The notes under the pieces: model-generated | The model's database searches: none | Seen by the model: the letters and a program-made list of their open reading frames with translations, nothing else | What the model was told of the DNA's origin: nothing | DNA from: Eledone cirrhosa | Lineage: Eukaryota | Length of the DNA: 64,000 bases | NCBI GenBank assembly: GCA_964016885.1 | Contig: OZ024745.1 | Span: 64,976,001 to 65,040,000, forward strand | Direction: 5' to 3' | Made by a program: the position numbers and the translations under genes | Shown: one piece after another, positions 1 through 13,555 of the stretch | Numbering within the stretch: position 1 is the first letter of the stretch | Layout: each line of letters begins with the position of its first letter

Positions 1-1475
1 TGGTCCATTTTTTATTTGGGTGATCCATTTTTTATTTGGGGGATCCATTTTTTATTTGGGTGATCCATTTTTTATTTGGGTGATCCATTTTTTATTTGGG
101 GGATACATTTTTTATTTGGGTGATCCATTTTTTATTTGGGGGGTCCATTTTTTATTTGGGGGATCCATTTTTATTTGGGTGATCCATTTTTTATTTGGGG
201 GATCCATTTTTTATTTGGGTGATCCCTTTTTTATTTGGGGGATCCATTTTTTATTTGGGTGATCCATTTTTTATTTGGGGGATCTATTTTTTATTTGGGG
301 GATTCATTTTTTATTTGGGTGATCCATTTATTATTAGGGGGTCCAATTTTTATTTGGGTGATCCATTTTTATTTGGAGATCCATTTTTTATTTAGGTGCT
401 CCATTTTATAATTGGGTGATCCATTTTTTATTTGGGTGATCCATTTTTTATTTGGGTGATCCATTTTTTATTTGGGGGATCCATTTTTTATTTGGGTGAT
501 CCATTTTTTTAATTTGGGGGTCCATTTTTTATTTGGGTGATCCATTTTTTATTTGGGTGATCCATTTTTTAATTGGGTGATCCATTTTTATTTGGGTGAT
601 CCATTTTTTACTTGGGGGATCCATTTTTTATTTGGGTGATCCATTTTTTATTTTGCTGATTCATTTTTTATTTGGGTGATCCATTTTTTATTTGGGGGAT
701 CCATTTTTTATTTGGGTGAACCATTTTTTATTTGGGGGATCCATTTTTTATTTGGGTGATCCATTTTTTATTTGGGGGATCCATTTTTTATTTGGGGGAT
801 CCATTTTTTATTTGGGTGATCCATTTTTTATTTGGGTGATCCATTTTTTATTTGGGGGATCCATTTTTTATTTGGGGGATCCATTTTTTATTTGGGTGAT
901 CCATTTTTATTTGGAGATCCATTTTGTATTTGGGTGATCCATTTTTTAATTGGGTGATCCATTTTTTATTTGGGTGATCCATTTTTTATTTGGGGGATCC
1001 ATTTTTTATTTGGGTGATCCATTTTTTATTTGGGTGGTCCATTTTTTATTTGGGTGATCCATTTTTTATTTGGGGGATCCATTTTTTATTTGGGTGATCC
1101 ATTTTTTATTTGGGTGATCCATTTTTTATTTGGGGGATACATTTTTTATTTGGGTGATCCATTTTTTATTTGGGGGATCCATTTTTTATTTGGGTGATCC
1201 ATTTTTTATTTGGGTGATCCATTTTTTATTTGAGGGACCCATTTTATATTTGGGTGATCCATTTTTTATTTGGGTGATCCATTTTTTATTTGGGGGATCC
1301 ATTTTTTATTTGGGGGATCCATTTTTTATTTGGGGGATCCATTTTTTATTTGGGGGATCCATTTTTTATTTGGGGGATCCATTTTTTATTTGGGTGATTC
1401 ATTTTTTATTTGGGGGATCCATTTTTTATTTGGGTGATCCATTTTTTTTATTTGGGGGTCCATTTTTATTTGGGT

Positions 1476-4400
1476 GATCCATTTTTTATTTGGGTGATCC
1501 ATTTTTTAATTGGGTGAATCATTTTTATTTGGGTGATCCATTTTTTACTTGGGGGATCCATTTTTTATTTGGGTGATCCATTTTTTATTTTGCTGATTCA
1601 TTTTTTATTTGGGAGATCCATTTTTTATTTGGGGGATCCATTTTTTATTTGGGTGAACCATTTTTTATTTGGGGGATCCATTTTTTATTTGGGTGATCCA
1701 TTTTTTATTTGGGTGATCCATTTTTTATTTGGGGGATCCATTTTTTATTTGGGTGATCCATTTTTTATTTGGGTGATCCATTTTTTATTTGGGGGATCCA
1801 TTTTTTATTTGGGGGATCCATTTTTTATTTGGGTGATCCATTTTTATTTGGAGATCCATTTTGTATTTGGGTGATCCATTTTGTATTTGGGGGATCCATT
1901 TTTTAATTGGGTGATCCATTTTTTAATTGGGGGATCCATTTTTTATTTGGGGGATCCATTTTTTATTTGGGGGATCCATTGTTTATTTGGTTGATCCATT
2001 TTTTATTTGGGTGATCCATTTTTTATTTGGGGGATCCATTTTTTATTTGGGTGATCCATTTTTTATTTGGGTGATCCATTTTTTATTTGGGTGATCCATT
2101 TTTTATTTGTGGGATCCATTTTTTATTTGGGTGATCCATTTTTTATTTGGGGGATCCTTTTTTTATTTGGGTGATCCATTTTTTATTTGGGTGATCCATT
2201 TTTTATTTGGGGGATCCATTTTTTATTTGGGTGATCCATTTTTTATTTGGGTGATACATTTTTATTTGGGGGATCCATTTTTTATTTGGGTGATCCATTT
2301 TTTATTTGGGGGATCCATTTTTTATTTGGGGGATCCATTTTTTATTTGGGTGATCCATTTTTTATTTGGGTGATCCATTTTTTATTTGGGGGGATCCATT
2401 TTTTATTTGGGTCATCCATTTTTTATTTGGGGGATCCATTTTTTATTTGGGTGATCCATTTTTTATTTAGGGGATCCATTTTTTATTTGGGTGATCCATT
2501 TTTTATTTGGGTGATCCATTTTTTAATTGGGTGATCCATTTTTATTTGGAGATCCATTTTTTATTTAGGTGATCCATTTTATAATTGGTTGATCCATTTT
2601 TTATTTGGGGGATCCATTTTTTATTTGGGGGATCCATTATTTATTTGGGTGATCCATTTTTTATTTGGGTGATCCATTTTTTATTTGGGTGATCCATTTT
2701 TTATTTGGGTGATCCATTTTTTATTTGGGTGATCCATTTTTTATTTGGGGGATCCATTTTTTATTTGGGTGATCCATTTTTTATTTGGGGGATCCATTTT
2801 TTATTTGGGTGATCCATTTTTTATTTGGGGGATCCATTTTTTATTTCGGGGATCCATTTTTTATTTGGGTGATTCATTTTTTATTTGGGGGATCCATTTT
2901 TTATTTTGGGTGATCCATTTTTTATTAGGGGGATCCATTTTTTATTTGGGTGATCCATTTTTATTTGTAGATCCATTTTTTATTTGGGTGATCCATTTTT
3001 TAATTGGATGATCCATTTTTTATTTGGGGGATCCATTTTTTATTTGGGGGATCCATTATTTATTTGGGTGATCCATTTTTTATTTGGGTGATCCATTTTT
3101 TATTCGGGGGATCCATTTTTTATTTGGGTGATCCATTTTTTATTTGGGTGATCCATTTTTTAATTGGGGATCCATTTTTTATTTAGTTGATCCATTTTTT
3201 AATTGGGTGATGCATTTTTTATTTGGGGGATCCATTTTTTATTTGGGGGATCCATTTTTTATTTGGGGGATCCATTGTTTATTTGGGTGATCCATTTTTT
3301 ATTTGGGTGATCCATTTTTTATTTGGGGGATCCATTTTGTATTTGGGTGATCCATTTTTTATTTGGGTGATCCATTTTTTATTTGGGTGATCCATTTTTT
3401 ATTTGTGGGATCCATTTTTTATTTGGGTGATCCATTTTTTATTTGGGGGATCCTTTTTTTATTTGGGTGATCCATTTTTTATTTGGGTGATCCATTTTTT
3501 ATTTGGGGGATCCATTTTTTATTTGGGTGATCCATTTTTTATTTGGGTGATCCATTTTTTATTTGGGGGATCCATTTTTTATTTGGGTGATCCATTTTTT
3601 ATTTGGGGGATCCATTTTTTATTTGGGGGATCCATTTTTTATTTGGGTGATCCATTTTTTATATGGGTGATCCATTTTTTATTTGGGGGGATCCATTTTT
3701 AATTTGGGTGATCCATTTTTTATTTGGGGGATCCATTTTTTATTTGGGTGATCCATTTTTTATTTGGGGGATTCATTTTTTATTTGGGTGATCCATTTTT
3801 TATTTGGGTGATCCATTTTTTAATTGGGTGATCCATTTTTTATTTGGGGGATCCATTTTTTATTTGGGTGATCCATTTTTTAGTTGGGTGGTCCATTTTT
3901 TATTTGGGTGATCCATTTTTTATTTGGGGGATCCATTTTTTATTTGGGTGATCCATTTTTTATTTGGGAATCCATTTTTTATTTGGGTGAGCCATTTTTT
4001 ATTTGGGTGATCCATTTTTTATTTGGGGGATCCATTTTTTATTTGGGTGATTCATTTTTTATTTGGGGGGTCCATTTTTTATTTGGGGGATCCATTTTTA
4101 TTTGGGTGATCCATTTTCTATTTGGGGGATCCATTTTTTATTTGGGTGATCCATTTTTTATTTGGGTTGATCCCTTTTTTATTTGGGGGATCCATTTTTT
4201 ATTTGGGTGATCCATTTTTTATTTGGGGGATCCATTTTTTATTTGGGTGATCCATTTTTTATTTGAGGGATCCATTTTATATTTGGGTGATCCATTTTTT
4301 ATTTGGGGGATCCATTATTTATTTGGGTGATCCATTTTTTATTTGGGTGATCCATTTTTTTTATTTGGGTGATCCATTTTTTATTTGGGTGATCCATTTT

Positions 4401-7400
4401 TTATTTGGGTGATACATTTTTTATTTGGGGGATCCATTTTTTATTTGGGTGATCCATTTGTTATTTGGGTGATCCATTTTTTATTTGAGGGATCCATTTT
4501 ATATTTGGGTGATCCATTTTTTATTTGGGTGATCCATTTTTTATTTGGGGGATCCATTTTTTATTTGGGGGATCCATTTTTTATTTGGGGGATCCATTTT
4601 TTATTTGGGGGATCCATTTTTTATTTCGGGGATCCATTTTTTATTTGGGTGATTCATTTTTTATTTGGGGGATCCATTTTTTATTTGGGTGATCCATTTT
4701 TTTAATTTGGGGGTCCATTTTTTATTTGGGTGATCCATTTTTTATTTGGGTGATCCATTTTTTAATTGGGTGATCCATTTTTATTTGGGTGATCCATTTT
4801 TTACTTGGGGGATCCATTTTTTATTTGGGGGATCCTTTTTTTATTTGGGTGATCCATTTTTTATTTGGGTGATCCATTTTTTATTTGGGGGATCCATTTT
4901 TTATTTGGGTGATCCATTTTTTATTTGGGTGATCCATTTTTTATTTGGGAGATCCATTTTTTATTTGGGGGATCCATTTTTTATTTGGGTGATCCATTTT
5001 TTAATTGGGTGAATCATTTTTATTTGGGTGATCCATTTTTTACTTGGGGGATCCATTTTTTATTTGGGTGATCCATTTTTTATTTTGCTGATTCATTTTT
5101 TATTTGGGAGATCCATTTTTTATTTGGGGGATCCATTTTTTATTTGGGTGAACCATTTTTTATTTGGGGGATCCATTTTTTATTTGGGTGATCCATTTTT
5201 TATTTGGGTGATCCATTTTTTATTTGGGGGATCCATTTTTTATTTGGGTGATCCATTTTTTATTTGGGTGATCCATTTTTTATTTGGGGGATCCATTTTT
5301 TATTTGGGGGATCCATTTTTTATTTGGGTGATCCATTTTTATTTGGAGATCCATTTTGTATTTGGGTGATCCATTTTGTATTTGGGGGATCCATTTTTTA
5401 ATTGGGTGATCCATTTTTTAATTGGGGGATCCATTTTTTATTTGGGGGATCCATTTTTTATTTGGGGGATCCATTGTTTATTTGGTTGATCCATTTTTTA
5501 TTTGGGTGATCCATTTTTTATTTGGGGGATCCATTTTTTATTTGGGTGATCCATTTTTTATTTGGGTGATCCATTTTTTATTTGGGTGATCCATTTTTTA
5601 TTTGTGGGATCCATTTTTTATTTGGGTGATCCATTTTTTATTTGGGGGATCCTTTTTTTATTTGGGTGATCCATTTTTTATTTGGGTGATCCATTTTTTA
5701 TTTGGGGGATCCATTTTTTATTTGGGTGATCCATTTTTTATTTGGGTGATACATTTTTATTTGGGGGATCCATTTTTTATTTGGGTGATCCATTTTTTAT
5801 TTGGGGGATCCATTTTTTATTTGGGGGATCCATTTTTTATTTGGGTGATCCATTTTTTATTTGGGTGATCCATTTTTTATTTGGGGGGATCCATTTTTTA
5901 TTTGGGTCATCCATTTTTTATTTGGGGGATCCATTTTTTATTTGGGTGATCCATTTTTTATTTAGGGGATCCATTTTTTATTTGGGTGATCCATTTTTTA
6001 TTTGGGTGATCCATTTTTTAATTGGGTGATCCATTTTTATTTGGAGATCCATTTTTTATTTAGGTGATCCATTTTATAATTGGTTGATCCATTTTTTATT
6101 TGGGGGATCCATTTTTTATTTGGGGGATCCATTATTTATTTGGGTGATCCATTTTTTATTTGGGTGATCCATTTTTTATTTGGGTGATCCATTTTTTATT
6201 TGGGTGATCCATTTTTTATTTGGGTGATCCATTTTTTATTTGGGGGATCCATTTTTTATTTGGGTGATCCATTTTTTATTTGGGGGATCCATTTTTTATT
6301 TGGGTGATCCATTTTTTATTTGGGGGATCCATTTTTTATTTCGGGGATCCATTTTTTATTTGGGTGATTCATTTTTTATTTGGGGGATCCATTTTTTATT
6401 TTGGGTGATCCATTTTTTATTAGGGGGATCCATTTTTTATTTGGGTGATCCATTTTTATTTGTAGATCCATTTTTTATTTGGGTGATCCATTTTTTAATT
6501 GGATGATCCATTTTTTATTTGGGGGATCCATTTTTTATTTGGGGGATCCATTATTTATTTGGGTGATCCATTTTTTATTTGGGTGATCCATTTTTTATTC
6601 GGGGGATCCATTTTTTATTTGGGTGATCCATTTTTTATTTGGGTGATCCATTTTTTAATTGGGGATCCATTTTTTATTTAGTTGATCCATTTTTTAATTG
6701 GGTGATGCATTTTTTATTTGGGGGATCCATTTTTTATTTGGGGGATCCATTTTTTATTTGGGGGATCCATTGTTTATTTGGGTGATCCATTTTTTATTTG
6801 GGTGATCCATTTTTTATTTGGGGGATCCATTTTGTATTTGGGTGATCCATTTTTTATTTGGGTGATCCATTTTTTATTTGGGTGATCCATTTTTTATTTG
6901 TGGGATCCATTTTTTATTTGGGTGATCCATTTTTTATTTGGGGGATCCTTTTTTTATTTGGGTGATCCATTTTTTATTTGGGTGATCCATTTTTTATTTG
7001 GGGGATCCATTTTTTATTTGGGTGATCCATTTTTTATTTGGGTGATCCATTTTTTATTTGGGGGATCCATTTTTTATTTGGGTGATCCATTTTTTATTTG
7101 GGGGATCCATTTTTTATTTGGGGGATCCATTTTTTATTTGGGTGATCCATTTTTTATATGGGTGATCCATTTTTTATTTGGGGGGATCCATTTTTAATTT
7201 GGGTGATCCATTTTGTATTTGGGGGATCCATTTTTTATTTGGGTGATCCATTTTTTATTTGGGGGATTCATTTTTTATTTGGGTGATCCATTTTTTATTT
7301 GGGTGATCCATTTTTTAATTGGGTGATCCATTTTTTATTTGGGGGATCCATTTTTTATTTGGGTGATCCATTTTTTAGTTGGGTGGTCCATTTTTTATTT

Positions 7401-8484
7401 GGGTGATCCATTTTTTATTTGGGGGATCCATTTTTTATTTGGGTGATCCATTTTTTATTTGGGAATCCATTTTTTATTTGGGTGAGCCATTTTTTATTTG
7501 GGTGATCCATTTTTTATTTGGGGGATCCATTTTTTATTTGGGTGATTCATTTTTTATTTGGGGGGTCCATTTTTTATTTGGGGGATCCATTTTTATTTGG
7601 GTGATCCATTTTCTATTTGGGGGATCCATTTTTTATTTGGGTGATCCATTTTTTATTTGGGTTGATCCCTTTTTTATTTGGGGGATCCATTTTTTATTTG
7701 GGTGATCCATTTTTTATTTGGGGGATCCATTTTTTATTTGGGTGATCCATTTTTTATTTGAGGGATCCATTTTATATTTGGGTGATCCATTTTTTATTTG
7801 GGGGATCCATTATTTATTTGGGTGATCCATTTTTTATTTGGGTGATCCATTTTTTTTATTTGGGTGATCCATTTTTTATTTGGGTGATCCATTTTTTATT
7901 TGGGTGATACATTTTTTATTTGGGGGATCCATTTTTTATTTGGGTGATCCATTTGTTATTTGGGTGATCCATTTTTTATTTGAGGGATCCATTTTATATT
8001 TGGGTGATCCATTTTTTATTTGGGTGATCCATTTTTTATTTGGGGGATCCATTTTTTATTTGGGGGATCCATTTTTTATTTGGGGGATCCATTTTTTATT
8101 TGGGGGATCCATTTTTTATTTCGGGGATCCATTTTTTATTTGGGTGATTCATTTTTTATTTGGGGGATCCATTTTTTATTTGGGTGATCCATTTTTTTAA
8201 TTTGGGGGTCCATTTTTTATTTGGGTGATCCATTTTTTATTTGGGTGATCCATTTTTTAATTGGGTGATCCATTTTTATTTGGGTGATCCATTTTTTACT
8301 TGGGGGATCCATTTTTTATTTGGGGGATCCTTTTTTTATTTGGGTGATCCATTTTTTATTTGGGTGATCCATTTTTTATTTGGGGGATCCATTTTTTATT
8401 TGGGTGATCCATTTTTTATTTGGGTGATCCATTTTTTATTTGGGAGATCCATTTTTTATTTGGGGGATCCATTTTTTATTTGGG
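1476..8484. repeat. Higher-order tandem duplication, period 3495 bp (2 copies)
   Basis: ORFs recur at a constant offset of 3495: 1533/5028, 2107/5602, 2247/5742, 2745/6240, 3004/6499, 3403/6898, 3884/7379, 4385/7880, 4746/8241. Rare variants GAATCA (~1516/5011), GGGTCATCC (~2409/5904) and GGGAGATCC (A at 4950/8445) are shared. Confidence 0.93.
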
Positions 8485-9700
8485 GGATCCATTTTTTATT
8501 TGGGGGATCCATTTTTTATTTGGGTGATCCATTTTTTATATGGGTGATCCATTTTTAATTTGGGGGGATCCATTTTTAATTTGGGTGATCCATTTTTTAT
8601 TTGGGGGATCCATTTTTTATTTGGGTGATCCATTTTTTATTTGGGGGATTCATTTTTTATTTGGGTGATCCATTTTTTATTTGGGTGATCCATTTTTTAA
8701 TTGGGTGATCCATTTTTTATTTGGGGGATCCATTTTTTATTTGGGTGATCCATTTTTTAGTTGGGTGGTCCATTTTTTATTTGGGTGATCCATTTTTTAT
8801 TTGGGGGATCCATTTTTTATTTGGGTGATCCATTTTTTATTTGGGAATCCATTTTTTATTTGGGTGAGCCATTTTTTATTTGGGTGATCCATTTTTTATT
8901 TGGGGGATCCATTTTTTATTTGGGTGATTCATTTTTTATTTGGGGGGTCCATTTTTTATTTGGGGGATCCATTTTTATTTGGGTGATCCATTTTCTATTT
9001 GGGGGATCCATTTTTTATTTGGGTGATCCATTTTTTATTTGGGTTGATCCCTTTTTTATTTGGGGGATCCATTTTTTATTTGGGTGATCCATTTTTTATT
9101 TGGGGGATCCATTTTTTATTTGGGTGATCCATTTTTTATTTGAGGGATCCATTTTATATTTGGGTGATCCATTTTTTATTTGGGGGATCCATTATTTATT
9201 TGGGTGATCCATTTTTTATTTGGGTGATCCATTTTTTTATTTGGGTGATCCATTTTTTATTTGGGTGATCCATTTTTTATTTGGGTGATACATTTTTTAT
9301 TTGGGGGATCCATTTTTTATTTGGGTGATCCATTTTTTATTTGGGTGATCCATTTTTTATTTGAGGGATCCATTTTATATTTGGGTGATCCATTTTTTAT
9401 TTGGGTGATCCATTTTTTATTTGGGGGATCCATTTTTTATTTGGGGGATCCATTTTTTATTTGGGGGATCCATTTTTTATTTGGGGGATCCATTTTTTAT
9501 TTCGGGGATCCATTTTTTATTTGGGTGATTCATTTTTTATTTGGGGGATCCATTTTTTATTTGGGTGATCCATTTTTTTAATTTGGGGGTCCATTTTTTA
9601 TTTGGGTGATCCATTTTTTATTTGGGTGATCCATTTTTTAATTGGGTGATCCATTTTTATTTGGGTGATCCATTTTTTACTTGGGGGATCCATTTTTTAT
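7100..9700. repeat. Local duplication, offset ~1381-1382 bp (partial second copy); boundaries approximate
   Basis: ORF pairs 7379/8761 (1382) and 7880/9261 (1381). The marker GGGAATCC occurs at 7461 and 8843 with the same order of downstream variants. Confidence 0.8.
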
Positions 9701-12624
9701 TTGGGTGATCCATTTTTTATTTTGCTGATTCATTTTTTATTTGGGTGATCCATTTTTTATTTGGGGGATCCATTTTTTATTTGGGTGAACCATTTTTTAT
9801 TTGGGGGATCCATTTTTTATTTGGGTGATCCATTTTTTATTTGGGTGATCCATTTTTTATTTGGGGGATCCATTTTTTATTTGGGTGATCCATTTTTTTA
9901 TTTGGGTGATCCATTTTTTATTTGGGTGATCCATTTTTTATTTGGGTGATACATTTTTTATTTGGGGGATCCATTTTTTATTTGGGTGATCCATTTTTTA
10001 TTTGGGTGATCCATTTTTTATTTGAGGGATCCATTTTATATTTGGGTGATCCATTTTTTATTTGGGGGATCCATTTTTTATTTGGGTGATCCATTTTTTA
10101 TTTGGGGGATCCATTTTTTATTTGGGTGATCCATTTTTTATTTGAGGGATCCATTTTATATTTGGGTGATCCATTTTTTATTTGGGGGATCCATTATTTA
10201 TTTGGGGGGTCCATTTTTTATTTGGGTGATCCATTTTTTTATTTGGGTGATCCATTTTTTATTTGGGTGATCCATTTTTTATTTGGGTGATACATTTTTT
10301 ATTTGGGGGATCTATTTTTTATTTGGGTGATCCATTTTTTATTTGGGTGATCCATTTTTTATTTGAGGGATCCATTTTATATTTGGGTGATCCATTTTTT
10401 ATTTGGGTGATCCATTTTTTATTTGGGGGATCCATTTTTTATTTGGGGGATCCATTTTTTATTTGGGGGATCCATTTTTTATTTGGGGGATCCATTTTTT
10501 ATTTGGGGGATCCATTTTTTATTTGGGTGATTCATTTTTTATTTGGGGGATCCATTTTTTATTTGGGTGATCCATTTTTTTAATTTGGGGGTCCATTTTT
10601 TATTTGGGTGATCCATTTTTTATTTGGGTGATCCATTTTTTAATTGGGTGATCCATTTTTATTTGGGTGATCCATTTTTTACTTGGGGGATCCATTTTTT
10701 ATTTGGGTGATCCATTTTTTATTTTGCTGATTCATTTTTTATTTGGGTGATCCATTTTTTATTTGGGGGATCCATTTTTTATTTGGGTGAACCATTTTTT
10801 ATTTGGGGGATCCATTTTTTATTTGGGTGATCCATTTTTTATTTGGGGGATCCATTTTTTATTTGGGTGATCCATTTTTTATTTGGGTGATCCATTTTTT
10901 ATTTGGGGGATCCATTTTTTATTTGGGGGATCCATTTTTTATTTGGGTGATCCATTTTTATTTGGAGATCCATTTTGTATTTGGGTGATCCATTTTTTAA
11001 TTGGGTGATCCATTTGTTATTTGGGTGATCCATTTTTTATTTGGGGGATCCATTTTTTATTTGGGTGATCCATTTTTTATTTGGGTGGTCCATTTTTTAT
11101 TTGGGTGATCCATTTTTTATTTGGGTGATCCATTTTTTAATTGGGTGATCCATTTTTATTTGGGTGATCCATTTTTTACTTGGGGGATCCATTTTTTATT
11201 TGGGTGATCCATTTTTTATTTTGCTGATTCATTTTTTATTTGGGTGATCCATTTTTTATTTGGGGGATCCATTTTTTATTTGGGTGAACCATTTTTTATT
11301 TGGGGGATCCATTTTTTATTTGGGTGATCCATTTTTTATTTGGGTGATCCATTTTTTATTTGGGGGATCCATTTTTTATTTGGGTGATCCATTTTTTTAT
11401 TTGGGTGATCCATTTTTTATTTGGGTGATCCATTTTTTATTTGGGTGATACATTTTTTATTTGGGGGATCCATTTTTTATTTGGGTGATCCATTTTTTAT
11501 TTGGGTGATCCATTTTTTATTTGAGGGATCCATTTTATATTTGGGTGATCCATTTTTTATTTGGGGGATCCATTTTTTATTTGGGTGATCCATTTTTTAT
11601 TTGGGGGATCCATTTTTTATTTGGGTGATCCATTTTTTATTTGAGGGATCCATTTTATATTTGGGTGATCCATTTTTTATTTGGGGGATCCATTATTTAT
11701 TTGGGGGGTCCATTTTTTATTTGGGTGATCCATTTTTTTATTTGGGTGATCCATTTTTTATTTGGGTGATCCATTTTTTATTTGGGTGATACATTTTTTA
11801 TTTGGGGGATCTATTTTTTATTTGGGTGATCCATTTTTTATTTGGGTGATCCATTTTTTATTTGAGGGATCCATTTTATATTTGGGTGATCCATTTTTTA
11901 TTTGGGTGATCCATTTTTTATTTGGGGGATCCATTTTTTATTTGGGGGATCCATTTTTTATTTGGGGGATCCATTTTTTATTTGGGGGATCCATTTTTTA
12001 TTTGGGGGATCCATTTTTTATTTGGGTGATTCATTTTTTATTTGGGGGATCCATTTTTTATTTGGGTGATCCATTTTTTTAATTTGGGGGTCCATTTTTT
12101 ATTTGGGTGATCCATTTTTTATTTGGGTGATCCATTTTTTAATTGGGTGATCCATTTTTATTTGGGTGATCCATTTTTTACTTGGGGGATCCATTTTTTA
12201 TTTGGGTGATCCATTTTTTATTTTGCTGATTCATTTTTTATTTGGGTGATCCATTTTTTATTTGGGGGATCCATTTTTTATTTGGGTGAACCATTTTTTA
12301 TTTGGGGGATCCATTTTTTATTTGGGTGATCCATTTTTTATTTGGGGGATCCATTTTTTATTTGGGTGATCCATTTTTTATTTGGGTGATCCATTTTTTA
12401 TTTGGGGGATCCATTTTTTATTTGGGGGATCCATTTTTTATTTGGGTGATCCATTTTTATTTGGAGATCCATTTTGTATTTGGGTGATCCATTTTTTAAT
12501 TGGGTGATCCATTTGTTATTTGGGTGATCCATTTTTTATTTGGGGGATCCATTTTTTATTTGGGTGATCCATTTTTTATTTGGGTGGTCCATTTTTTATT
12601 TGGGTGATCCATTTTTTATTTGGG
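9588..12624. repeat. Higher-order tandem duplication, period 1499 bp (2 copies)
   Basis: Identical ORF pairs 9761/11260, 10102/11601, 10263/11762 and 10803/12302. Shared variants GATCTA (~10309/11808) and CATTTGTTAT (~11011/12510). Confidence 0.92.
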
Positions 12625-13555
12625 GGATCCATTTTTTATTTGGGTGATCCATTTTTTATTTGGGGATCCATTTTTTATTTGGGTGATCCATTTTTTATTT
12701 GGGTGATCCATTTTTTATTTGGGGGATACATTTTTTATTTGGGTGATCCATTTTTTATTTGGGGGGTCCATTTTTTATTTGGGGGATCCATTTTTATTTG
12801 GGTGATCCATTTTTTATTTGGGGGATCCATTTTTTATTTGGGTGATCCCTTTTTTATTTGGGGGATCCATTTTTTATTTGGGTGATCCATTTTTTATTTG
12901 GGGGATCTATTTTTTATTTGGGGGATTCATTTTTTATTTGGGTGATCCATTTTTTATTAGGGGGGTCCATTTTTTATTTGGGTGATCCATTTTTATTTGG
13001 AGATCCATTTTTTATTTAGGTGATCCATTTTATAATTGGGTGATCCATTTTTTATTTGGGTGATCCATTTTTTATTTGGGTGATCCATTTTTTATTTGGG
13101 GGATCCATTTTTTATTTGGGTGATCCATTTTTTATTTGGGTGATCCATTTTTTATTTGAGGGACCCATTTTATATTTGGGTGATCCATTTTTTATTTGGG
13201 TGATCCATTTTTTATTTGGGGGATCCATTTTTTATTTGGGGGATCCATTTTTTATTTGGGGGATCCATTTTTTATTTGGGGGATCCATTTTTTATTTCGG
13301 GGATCCATTTTTTATTTGGGTGATTCATTTTTTATTTGGGGGATCCATTTTTTATTTGGGTGATCCATTTTTTTTATTTGGGGGTCCATTTTTTATTTGG
13401 GTGATCCATTTTTTATTTGGGTGATCCATTTTTTAATTGGGTGATCCATTTTTATTTGGGTGATCCATTTTTTACTTGGGGGATCCATTTTTTATTTGGG
13501 TGATCCATTTTTTATTTTGCTGATTCATTTTTTATTTGGGTGATCCATTTTTTAT

